Positions 53,972-64,000 of a DNA stretch of 64,000 nt are shown here, piece after piece; the first letter of the stretch is position 1; each line of letters begins with the position of its first letter. Both the position numbers and the translations under genes were made by a program. The notes beneath the pieces are model-generated. The model saw nothing but the letters and a program-made list of their open reading frames with translations. It was not told the origin of the DNA and ran no database searches. Source of the DNA: Pachysolen tannophilus NRRL Y-2460 (Eukaryota); NCBI GenBank assembly GCA_001661245.1, contig KV454012.1, positions 1,662,418 to 1,726,417 of the forward strand. The letters run 5' to 3'.

Positions 53972-56614
53972 TCATCTCTTTTTAAACCACCATTTGTGTT
54001 TCTTCTCTTTCTTCTGCATATTCTGCGACCCTATTGATCTGAGATCAGAATTATTGTTCTTTATGCTAAAGGCACTGCTGGAAGTTGTTTTTGATGCGTC
54101 ATCAGTGTTGTTACCATTTGTATCGCCACTACTCCGCCTGCTTATGTCAAAACCTTCAACAACGCGTAGTGGTGATCTATAGGCATCGTTATCCGATATA
54201 TGAATCATAGGACCAGGTTCGCCAATATCAAGAAATGACGATGATTCCAACAATGGGAAAGTGTAAGTTGCTTTCTGAGTTAAAGTACAATTGATTTCCT
54301 CATCATCTGTAGTGTCATTACCAACAAAAGTAACACTATTATCTCTTTGACTATCATCTAAACAGTAGTTTTTCAATGTTGATTGAGAATGAGGAGATTT
54401 GAAGTGTTGACCTGATGAAAATTTTGTCCTTGGAGTGTAAACAAATACCAGTTCTTCTTTTCCCAATATTTTCGTAGGAGATTTATATGAATCAGTTTTT
54501 CTATGATTAATATCTTTATTATAAGATGTAGTGGATGAAATAAAAGAAGAAGAAGTATGAGATTCTGCAGGGACTCCATAATCATGTTGTGTGATAGCTG
54601 TAGCTGACAAAGATTTTCTATGGAATTTGGATGATATTGTATTAAATAATGAATTGTTTTTCTTGTGCTGTTTTCGTATCTTAGAAGACAGCAATTTATC
54701 TTCACCATTAACAGAACCAATACCATCATCTTTACCGATAGCACCACCTGTACTATTTGCCTTTATATTATTAACGCTATCAGATGATTTGGTCAAAATA
54801 TTAGAAGATGAAGAAGATTTCTTCTTTTTAGATGTATGAGAAGATGTCCTTGATGCTAAAGAACTCGATAAAACACTTTCGTCTGTAATTGAAGAAGAAC
54901 GCAGATAAACCTTATCAGAATGTTTTCTTGAATGTGTTTTTCTATGATTAACCAGTTCAATGCTCGATGTACTATTGGAAAAAGTTTTTGATCTTTCATG
55001 TCCTCTACTATACTGTTCTTTTCTTAAAGGGGATGAAGAACGAATCAATTCTGAGCCAACATTACCGAAAAACAGCTTTGTGGGAGCACTACTAGATGCA
55101 GAATTATTATTGACACCAATAGTACTTGAAGAAGGATTACTTGTATTCTTATTCACATCTGATAAATCTAAACTATCACCACCATGGTAGTAGTTTCTTA
55201 ATAAACCTTCAGGCATATCATATATAACACTTTCGTAATTTAAAGCACTTCTATTATATTTTTTCATACTACTGGTTCTGACAGGTGATCTTGAGGCAGA
55301 TCTATTTCTCAAATGGACTGTAGGTTGTGGAGATAATGCCTTACTATCAGTATTTGTTTTCTTCCAACCATTGTTATATTGATTTCCCATACCACTAACA
55401 ACTTTTTGTTGATTACTATAATAAGACTGGTACCTAGCTTTACTTCTTAAACTAGTAATACTTGGAGTTTTTGTATCAGTCAATAAATGGCTTGTTAAAG
55501 AATTTTGGCTTGATGGATTGTGTAAATTTTTATTAAAATTTACTGCTGGTTGTAATTGCAGTTGCAGTTGTAAATGTGATTGTGATGATTTTTGAGATTG
55601 TTGTGACTGTTGTAAAGAGTTACTTGAATGCAAAGAATTTGCCGAATTATTAAAACTCGTAAACATAATAGCGTTACTATTAGTTGAAGCTGTTGACATT
55701 AGTAATGAATTTATAGATGATGACTCAGAAGCATTATTATTATTAATATTATTACCGTTGTTATTGTTATTGTTATTGTTATGATCATTGATCGAGTCTT
55801 GATCATCAAATCTACCATCGTCAATTTTATTATTATTATCCGGAACTTCTTCTTCATCTTCTTCCACTATTGGATTCCCGTTCCTGACAGGAGATGTAAA
55901 ATTACCAGGACCTGTACCTGGAATAGCTCCAAAAATTCTTCCGCCATCTGCATTGAAAAATGTATTATTAAATTCTGGAGCACTTTCAGTTCTATGATGT
56001 CTTATAGTAGGAGTTGGTCTTGAAATAATGTTATTATTAATATCGTCCAAATCGATTAAAGCATTTGGAATGTTTGTTGATTTATCAATCTTAGTTTCAT
56101 CTGTTATAAAAAATTTTGTAACAAAATTTGGAGGTGATGAACAATTTTTAAAAGGACTATCATATAAAAAATTATTTGAATTTTCTGTGGAAGCAGAAGA
56201 ATCCATAGTAACAACCAACGGTGGAGGTGGTGTAATCTTTCTCTCATCCATAGAACGTACGGGAAAGGAAATACTATTATCCGCCGCAGATGGTGTTGGT
56301 TGAAGATAACTTTTTTTGGAATTTATTCTTACTGGACTTGTAAAACCTGAACCTGGTGCACTCTTTGATATTGAAGATTGTTGTTGTTGTTGTTGCTGTT
56401 GCTGTTGTTGCTGAAAATTCGGTTGTGCTGGAGGAATAAACAAGCCTATACCGTTAGCGCTATTGATATCAAAATCTCCAGATATTGCCGATGACCTCTT
56501 GTGCCAATGCCTTCGGATATTGGGCGGCAGAAGTTGCTGGGGATTCGAACCATTTATATTTATATTCATTTCTCCTGGAGCTGCTGCTGTTGTTGCTGTT
56601 ATTGACATGGACAT
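53972..56614 (-). CDS. LRE1: Lre1/Hlr1-family Cbk1 regulator (low complexity)
   Basis: HKRSSAISGDF, FFIT..T......IP.ALIDLD and HHRTESAP motifs. Neighbour of PBN1 as in S. cerevisiae. Confidence 0.8.
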   Translation of the reverse strand: MSMSITATTAAAPGEMNININGSNPQQLLPPNIRRHWHKRSSAISGDFDINSANGIGLFIPPAQPNFQQQQQQQQQQQQSSISKSAPGSGFTSPVRINSKKSYLQPTPSAADNSISFPVRSMDERKITPPPPLVVTMDSSASTENSNNFLYDSPFKNCSSPPNFVTKFFITDETKIDKSTNIPNALIDLDDINNNIISRPTPTIRHHRTESAPEFNNTFFNADGGRIFGAIPGTGPGNFTSPVRNGNPIVEEDEEEVPDNNNKIDDGRFDDQDSINDHNNNNNNNNGNNINNNNASESSSINSLLMSTASTNSNAIMFTSFNNSANSLHSSNSLQQSQQSQKSSQSHLQLQLQLQPAVNFNKNLHNPSSQNSLTSHLLTDTKTPSITSLRSKARYQSYYSNQQKVVSGMGNQYNNGWKKTNTDSKALSPQPTVHLRNRSASRSPVRTSSMKKYNRSALNYESVIYDMPEGLLRNYYHGGDSLDLSDVNKNTSNPSSSTIGVNNNSASSSAPTKLFFGNVGSELIRSSSPLRKEQYSRGHERSKTFSNSTSSIELVNHRKTHSRKHSDKVYLRSSSITDESVLSSSLASRTSSHTSKKKKSSSSSNILTKSSDSVNNIKANSTGGAIGKDDGIGSVNGEDKLLSSKIRKQHKKNNSLFNTISSKFHRKSLSATAITQHDYGVPAESHTSSSFISSTTSYNKDINHRKTDSYKSPTKILGKEELVFVYTPRTKFSSGQHFKSPHSQSTLKNYCLDDSQRDNSVTFVGNDTTDDEEINCTLTQKATYTFPLLESSSFLDIGEPGPMIHISDNDAYRSPLRVVEGFDISRRSSGDTNGNNTDDASKTTSSSAFSIKNNNSDLRSIGSQNMQKKEKKHKWWFKKR

Positions 56615-57211
56615 AATATGAGTCCAGTCTCCATATGATGAAAAAAAAAAAGAATAAAAATAAGAAAAAAAAAGAATTGTGTGACGTATAGTAAATAACC
56701 AACTAACTAAAATGCGATGTTCTGATTTTTTTAGTACTAATTAATTATTACTCTATTGCGGAGTCCACCCTTTCCTTTCCTCTAAAAAATAAACTCAAAA
56801 AAAAAACACAAGAAAAAAAAACAAAAAAAAACAAAAAAAAAAATTTATTTTTAAGAACGACCAACACAGTATAGTTCAAAGTCAAAGTTTTCAGTCTAAT
56901 AATAAAGTCTGGAAGATTTCTTTAACGGATAACGAAATAACGATATGTAATTATAATTTTTGATGTCTCTGTTTAACGGAAAAACGAATGGACGCCAACT
57001 TTTCTTTTTCTTCAAGTAACTTAATAAAATCTCTTGTATTAGCGGTTAAACTATTGAAAAGTAGCAAAGTTAAAACAAAAACCCAAATAAAAAAAAAAAA
57101 AAAAATTCAAATTAAAGAGAATTCCCCTAACACCTTTGTTATGATATGACAAATATGTTAATTCTCTCTAATTCATTGATTGATATATCTTATATGAATA
57201 TATATTTTTTA

Positions 57212-57242
<31 letters not shown>

Positions 57243-60200
57243 TATATATTTAAATGGAAACGGTGTACGAATTAATCGCACGTACAGTTTTACGGAATCT
57301 GTAAGTTTTTATAAAAAATAAAATAAAAACGAGCCAAAAAAAAAAAAAAAAAAGAAATTTTAAAGGTCCCTCCGCCAAAAAAAAATTAGCAACTAGAGCA
57401 AGTTTTTTAATATATATATAAAAAATATATATAATAACCATTAATTTTTAACGGCGTTTAACCTAAAAAGAATAATTTAAAATCTATTTAAAAGCACTGC
57501 ATTAGACCCATATCAGTAACAAGGACCAGGGCATGTTAAAAAAATAATATTAAAAATAAAAATAAAATCCAAATCCATTTGAAGATTAATTGAATTTGTT
57601 ATTTTTTTTTGAATGTGTATGTATGTTTTGTGAGTTTCGCAGAATGTGAGTCCAAATGTAATATGTAACTTGAGTAACCTTCTTTTCTTTTCTTTTTTTT
57701 TCTTTGCAAATATATAGGCGTGCTACTATTATTATTTTTTATTAAAAAAAAAAAAAACGTACCTAATCAAAAGTTAATCATATTATGCCACTTTGACTGT
57801 ACTGCAGTTCATTAAACAATATGACAAACATTATAGTTTCAGCGGAACCGAGTTATCAACGCGTTGTTGTATATGGCAGTGGAAAATTTAAGATCTTCAG
57901 TGTGGACTAAATAGAGATATGACATACGACTTGAAAAAAAAAAAAAAAAAGAAAATTTTAAAACTGATACGCGTCCTTTACCGAATACAGAATTACAGCA
58001 GCATTTTAGCTTAGCAGCCGATGAAATGTAAACTAGACTCAATCGCTAGAGTAATTTACATATATTCAACTAATTTACAACTAAAGAAGATGGACTTATT
58101 CAGTCTAATATTTCTAGATATGTATATCTGCAACAACATGTAACAACAACATTTTTAATTTGCTTTGGAAGCCAAAGAAAATTAATTTTTTGAATTAATT
58201 GTAGTTTTTGAAATTATCTTTACCCCTAGTTTCAAGATTTTACCTTTTGATTGCAGATCTGGATAGAAATAAAAGAGAAAAAGAAAAAAAAAGTGCAAAT
58301 TTAAAGTTTTCTTTTTTTAGGTTTTTTTTATTTTTTTTTTGTAAAAGGAAAACAGTTTACCTAATGGGGAAATGTAATATTTTACATGGTTTCATGTTTA
58401 AAGTACCCATACTCTTTTACATATGTTTTTCTTTTTTTTTATTTTTTACCTTATGGTGCGTATCGTTTCCATGTTTCATTAATTGGTCATAGGCCTAAGC
58501 CAATAAAAATAAACACAATAAGATCGATGATTATGGGTGAAATGAATTCAAACGTCATTTTTCATTTTTTTCATTTTTTCATTTTGCTTTTTGTTCTATT
58601 TATTAGATTCATTTTTTTTTTTTAGTTTTTGCAGAAGAACGCGTGACTGCAAAACGTACATACGAGTTTAAATAAAGAGAGGACTAAATATTTAAAGTTT
58701 ACTCTCTCTACTGAACTCGAAAGATAAAAAAAATTATAGGTGTACAAAATTTGACTATTTTTTTTTTTCTTGTTTTTGTTCTTGTTCTTGAGGTGACAAT
58801 AACCCAATAGACCAAATTAATCATTTTAGGAAAATCTTTCTGCAGCTTTTCAATTTTTTTTTTTTTTGTTTGTTTGTTTTTTTGAGATATATTTTATTTT
58901 AAAATGGCAAAAAAAAAAAAAAGCATAACCCTTGTCCAAGCCGTACTTCTGCTATTCCCTGGATTTAGACCCATAATGAAGAATGCACATGGTTAATTTT
59001 CCGCATTAGATAAGAGCAAGCCATAGTTTGGACCAAACTTTTAAAATTTTAATCAAGAAATTGTGAACTCTTTAGGTACGGGCTTGGCATATCAAGAAAG
59101 AAAAACAAAAACTTTTCTCTCTTTCTCTCTCTTCCTTAAGATAAGAAAGTTTGTATGTATGTATATACGAGTTATCGATGTATTAATGAACCTTGTAAAA
59201 AGATCGATTATCTTCACCGACGATATCTACTAAACACACATAAGAAAAACTAACTTATTTATTATATATGTAGAAAATAGAATTCATATCGGAAAACACC
59301 GCGCGTGTATTCATATTCGAAACGTAATATGTGTAAACCTTTAAACTTTTAACCAAAATGATTGCTTAACTACTTCTGTAGTGAACATAATCAGTTCATT
59401 CAATTCTTAGTAAATTGATAGATTATAACAGTAGCGCTAAAACACAGAGAGTATCTCTAGCGTTTTTATTTTGTGCATCTGTTTATCTCCGACAATCTCC
59501 CAGTGTAACCATGGAAAATGTGCATAAACTTTTTTTTGTTTTTCTTGTTTTGTTTAGTAAAAAAAAAAAAAAAACTTTGAAGCTTATTTCCTGACTTGGA
59601 AACTTTGAAAACTCTTTTAGCAGATAAACATATAAATACAGATAAACAGCGGAATAAGCCCAATAAGCTCAAAAAATCAAAAAAAAAAAAATCAACAGTG
59701 CTGAAAAGCAGAAAAAGGGAAAATGAAAACATTTGTTGGATGGGGTAGATAGAAAGAGAGAACTTTGAATGGATGCAACTGCAGTGGCGGTACATGCAAT
59801 TGCAATGACTATGATGCATTTGAACTTTAGATATCAAGCTCAGCCGTTCAATGCTATAATCTTTGTTCATCTAATCCAAGTAAGTTTCTCTAGCAACATC
59901 TTTAATCTTTAGGGCCTCCCGCTAAAAGAGAGCAAAAAAAAATAAAATAAATAAACTGATTAGCTTTAACTTTCTTAACTTGCTCTTCCTTTTCCTTAGA
60001 TTGCTCTTCATACTAATTAAAACTCTAATAGAGTAATGGTATTTGAAATCAAACTTTCACCTTTAATACCGCTTTGACTTTGCCTAGATAAGATCCATTT
60101 TTCACTCTTGAATTCTTTGAGCTCACCACTAAGGTTATGCACTAGAGGTGTACACTATATAAGATTATACAGTACCAGGCCTAAATAATAATAATGTCCA

Positions 60201-60527
60201 ATATTAGCAGTACTATTTGTAGTAAGAAGTTTATTTGCTAGCTCTAAAAAAAATTCCAGCATCAGTTAAACATAAACCTTCAATACCTTTTAATACCATC
60301 GCCTGGAGAGTACGAACTCTTTTCATAAAACTCAATTTAGTTTATTAACTGATATCTTGAATTTTTTTTTAAAGCAAAAAAATTAGAAAATTCAAAAAAG
60401 CTGATATCTTTCATATTGTCGTAATATGATAATGATTTACTTGCTTTGAAATATTACAGACTACCGCAGTTACTGGATGAATATGGCTATACAGCATTAT
60501 TACTTGGGGCAAGGTTATGAAAATTTC

Positions 60528-60561
<34 letters not shown>

Positions 60562-61330
60562 CAAAATGATAGATCCAAATTTAGAATGAATGGTTTACTC
60601 AATTGTATATTAATTATAAATTTAGAATCAAAACAAGGTTTTAAAGTTGAAGGTCAAAAAATTTTACACATTGAGGTACTTTAGTGGATATTTGTTAAGT
60701 CTGAATTTTGAAAGTATTGTTTCTCATTATAAAATTGAACACCAACAAGGCATTCTGCAAGGTCCAGAAAATAACTTTAAAGCTTTTAAATCAGTTAGTT
60801 ATCCAAATCAATATTAATAACAAGAAAAATTGTGTTTAATTTCGAATAAAATTGCTTTCTTGATGAAATGAAGATAGGGGAAGTGAATAATTATGTCAAG
60901 TTGAAAACTCACGTTGGTTGCAGTATGGGGTCTTATTTTTATAGGAAGCTTTTTATAACGTAGTTTTGATGTCGTATTAGTGGAATCAAAAAATTAATTG
61001 TTGGTTTTAAAAATGATCACTTCTTTTTTGAAAAATATCAATGAATATTATATTGAATCTTCCAAAAAAAAAAATTGCAAAATCATGTCTTAAACTGGTT
61101 AAGCCTGAATATAGAACCTATTGAGTCAATACGGCAAAGAAAAAGGTGTTAAGAAAAATTAGGTGATGGGTTATAAATGATGATTTCAGAAAAACCATAG
61201 CAATGAATTAAACAAGAAATTCACAAATAAAGACCAAAATAATGAAGCTATTGATGATTTAACCGAGAATTTGGATTGGATTATTATATTATAACAAAGT
61301 TTTTATGTACTTAAAAATTCAACTATTTCT

Positions 61331-63034
61331 TTAATGAAATAACTTTTTTAAAATATAAAATCCACTAAACATAACAACCAACAAAGTGATAATATGTACG
61401 TTATTGAAATCATTCAAATCAGCAACAGGGATAGTTAGATCAAAGGTTAATTTCTGATTGTTAGTGTCACTGTTGATATCTAATTGTGGTTGAATGTGAT
61501 AGAAAACTGTGTTATCATCAAAATACGATTCAAAACCTAAAAACTTGTGATGAAAAGGAGACTTCTGTAAAACTTGTAATTCTTGTTCAAAGTTGCTTAT
61601 TATGCGTGAATAGGGATTTTTGCTTAAAATAATAGAAGTTTCATCCCCATGTTCTTTAATAAAAGCAGCACCTAAAGATGTAAATGTTTCAATTGGTATT
61701 GTTAGATCACAAGCCCAGAATAAATTTGGATAGGGGATCTTGGTTTCAAATGATGTTATATTTTGCATTGGTTTGCTATACCTAGAATGTAACGGTATTT
61801 CAAAAGTAGGTACAGATGAGGATGAGGAAGATGGAAGATGCAGTTGACTTATATTCAATTCAAAAAGCGCTTCGCTTCCCCATTTTTTAATCAAGTAATT
61901 TGGTAATTCAAGATTTGTTTCTCCGTATAATCCTATCAAATTTAATCCAGTTTCCTTCATCCGGTCGTCTTTCAATTGATATTTGTCCATAAAAAAATCT
62001 TTTGGTAAATTCCAGCTCAAATATAATTTACATACATCCAAATTATTTACTAGATCACAGTATTCAGTTGAATCCAGCTGTTCTGGAATAAGATTCAGCG
62101 GTTGAATAAGTAGAGGAGGTTGAAGTGGAGTTTCAGATTTCTCATTATGTAGTGACAATTTATATTTCGGGTGAAGCCCAATTGGTTTTATAAATTCATT
62201 CTTGTAAGAAATATCGAGCAATGTCCTGTGCCTAGGTGTAAACTGGAAGCTGGTCTTCATAGGAACAATGTCATCACTATTATCCAAGACAAACCTAACT
62301 CCAGCAAGACCAGTGTTATCAACATTGGTCAATTTCTCTTCGATAGTGAAAATTCCAACCTCAGTCTTGTAATCTTGTTTTTTGGTAAAAATCAAATCTT
62401 CAGAGGCCATTACGTCCAGCCAGTAAAATTGGACCATAAATTTATCAGAATTATTAATCGAATCATAGCTAATCTCTAAATATTGAAAGTCTGTAGATAT
62501 ACTTTTTTCTAATATGTCTTCAATTGATTTTTTTAAACTATAAGATATTTCGTTTGTTGGTTCAAAGTACTTCAATGCGGTTGGTGTAACAATAAACTCA
62601 TTGAATAAAACAGATTCATCATTAATGTCAGCGTACAACAATTTTTTAAGCTCCTGATTTATTGCAGTAATTGTTTTGTTGAAATTTGTTTCATAAACAC
62701 CGGCTGAATCATCAGCAATTTGTGGGATAAAGTTGACACTTAATCCAGGAGAAGCAACATCACCAAAGATGGAAGAATCATAATCTTCAAGTTTAGAAAA
62801 TTGTAGGCGAAACGAATAGCAATCCTTTAAAATCTTGAGCAAATGTGATTCATATGAAACATCTTTTAAAATTCGAGCTATTGGTATTGTGAATCTATCC
62901 TGTCTCTTAAATGGTACAATTGTCGAAGGAAGAGTTATTGAGTAAGCTTTATCAATCTTAACCTTTTCATGAAACTGTAATTCGGATGACTTGGGAATTA
63001 TAATTGTTGTCCTTTGGACAATATTTGTAGACAT
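61331..63034 (-). CDS. PBN1: GPI-mannosyltransferase I subunit Pbn1 (PIG-X)
   Basis: P.GLHP, LPK.FFMDKYQL, G.TNLELP.Y....WGSE, IPLH.RY, P.LFWAC and a C-terminal TM followed by KK. Confidence 0.93.
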   Translation of the reverse strand: MSTNIVQRTTIIIPKSSELQFHEKVKIDKAYSITLPSTIVPFKRQDRFTIPIARILKDVSYESHLLKILKDCYSFRLQFSKLEDYDSSIFGDVASPGLSVNFIPQIADDSAGVYETNFNKTITAINQELKKLLYADINDESVLFNEFIVTPTALKYFEPTNEISYSLKKSIEDILEKSISTDFQYLEISYDSINNSDKFMVQFYWLDVMASEDLIFTKKQDYKTEVGIFTIEEKLTNVDNTGLAGVRFVLDNSDDIVPMKTSFQFTPRHRTLLDISYKNEFIKPIGLHPKYKLSLHNEKSETPLQPPLLIQPLNLIPEQLDSTEYCDLVNNLDVCKLYLSWNLPKDFFMDKYQLKDDRMKETGLNLIGLYGETNLELPNYLIKKWGSEALFELNISQLHLPSSSSSSVPTFEIPLHSRYSKPMQNITSFETKIPYPNLFWACDLTIPIETFTSLGAAFIKEHGDETSIILSKNPYSRIISNFEQELQVLQKSPFHHKFLGFESYFDDNTVFYHIQPQLDINSDTNNQKLTFDLTIPVADLNDFNNVHIITLLVVMFSGFYILKKLFH

Positions 63035-63224
63035 ATTCCTTAAATATTGACCTTGAAATCATTCACTGCTAATATCTTAACTGTTATCTTACTTTTGATT
63101 TTTTAATGCAACTTGTTGATTTTTCAGTAATTTTTTATTTTTTTATTTTTTATTTTTAACTACGCGTTAAAAAGAAGAGATTTTATAACATTATTGCTTT
63201 GAAACAAAAAGACGGTACGTTCAT

Positions 63225-63533
63225 ATGGGCCTAACTTCGTTGGAAAGCATTCACAGGAAGAGGAGAGGATCATTCTTTGAAAGAAAGAGTTTTGGTGATG
63301 ATGATAGTTGTAATTTGGAGAATTGTTTGGATGAAAAAAGAAAGCAAGATCGAACTGTTAAAACAAATCATTATATAACAATAGATTTAATGATGAATGC
63401 TTCTAGAAATGCATATAAGCTGTTAGAAGCTGGTGATGGCAATGGAGATAATCTTGAAGAGAAAGAAACGCCCCTAGAGGATACTTTCAAGCAGAAACCT
63501 TTTTGGCCAGTTATCACAAGAATACGACAATAA
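63225..63533 (+). CDS. Small hypothetical protein, possibly frameshifted (alternative end at 63601)
   Basis: 102-aa ATG ORF with coding-like composition, divergent from PBN1, with an MCB (ACGCGT) at 63162. Confidence 0.45.
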   Translation: MGLTSLESIHRKRRGSFFERKSFGDDDSCNLENCLDEKRKQDRTVKTNHYITIDLMMNASRNAYKLLEAGDGNGDNLEEKETPLEDTFKQKPFWPVITRIRQ

Positions 63534-63699
63534 AAAAGGCGGAAAACTCAGGTTTGTTGACTAAAGTTGGCGAATTTTTATTTGGTTTCAATAAAATCTG
63601 AAATACTCCAAAACTAGGTTAGATCTCTTTTTTTTTTTTTTTTTTTTTTTTTGGCATTTGGACTTTTTTAACTTAATAATAATATATTTAAAATTGATT

Positions 63700-64000
63700 C
63701 TATCTATATGTATAATCCTGTTCTTCTAATTGCTTATGTTTATTTATAAATAAATCGGTACCATCTTTAATCTTTAAAGTGTTTGGTCCGATTTGCGAAT
63801 TTGTCGTCAAATCGAAAACTTCATTTTTTGCTGTATTGACTGGTGTACTAAAACTTTTATTATATTCTCGAAAGGCACCTGGGATTTCAGCTTCTTTAAT
63901 CTCAGATGGAAGTATGTTGTTAATTCTAGCATTTTCACCTTTATTACTTGGTGTACTTAGTAATAATTCAGTTTTTGTGCTGGAATTTAAAGTAGTTCCT
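63700..64000 (-). CDS. 3' end of an unidentified gene entering from the window edge
   Basis: Manual translation is open for 99 codons: GTTLNSSTKTELLLSTPSNK...EIPGAFREY...EEQDYTYR, stop TAG at 63700-63702. Confidence 0.7.
   Translation of the reverse strand, partial: GTTLNSSTKTELLLSTPSNKGENARINNILPSEIKEAEIPGAFREYNKSFSTPVNTAKNEVFDLTTNSQIGPNTLKIKDGTDLFINKHKQLEEQDYTYR

Noticed and set aside
59723..59830. Metallothionein-like peptide (GCNCSGGTCNC) on the + strand
   Set aside because: An in-frame TAG at 59750 separates it from the only ATG, and it has just four Cys. It likely arises from TGCA-rich repeats.
59902..60012. Intron-like signals on the minus strand (GTATGA...GCTAAT...pyrimidine tract-TAG)
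   Set aside because: No coherent ORF results in any frame. It matters only if a lncRNA is found there.
63215..63256. Possible mini-intron GTACGT...CCTAAC...CAG at the start of the small ORF
   Set aside because: Only 42 nt long, the branch site is too close to the donor, and no upstream ATG exon was found.

Overview
AT-rich budding-yeast (Saccharomycotina) nuclear DNA from a draft assembly with three N gaps. It holds about 32 protein genes (two cut by the window edges) and one tRNA-Leu(UAA). Seven coding introns and one 5'-UTR intron can be read directly; the ORF track misses them, so several of its starts are wrong. From 23.7 to 63 kb the window keeps an ancestral gene block (EMC1, MGR1, SPS2/SPS22, URC2, FPR2, POF1, KAR4, LRE1, PBN1). 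CTG codons fall at recalled conserved Ala positions in KAR4 and ALG6, which suggests the CUG=Ala code (Pachysolen-type yeast). Other points of interest: a tandem FPR2 duplicate with a degenerate active site, a YFH7-like kinase with a broken P-loop, a divergent FHIP/RAI16-like gene, a degenerate KH-domain ORF, a variant ARF, and a 4.7-kb gene-free region with clustered MCB elements. Homology calls come from recalled motifs, not database searches. No mobile element or CRISPR array was seen, and no clearly new multi-gene system is evident.
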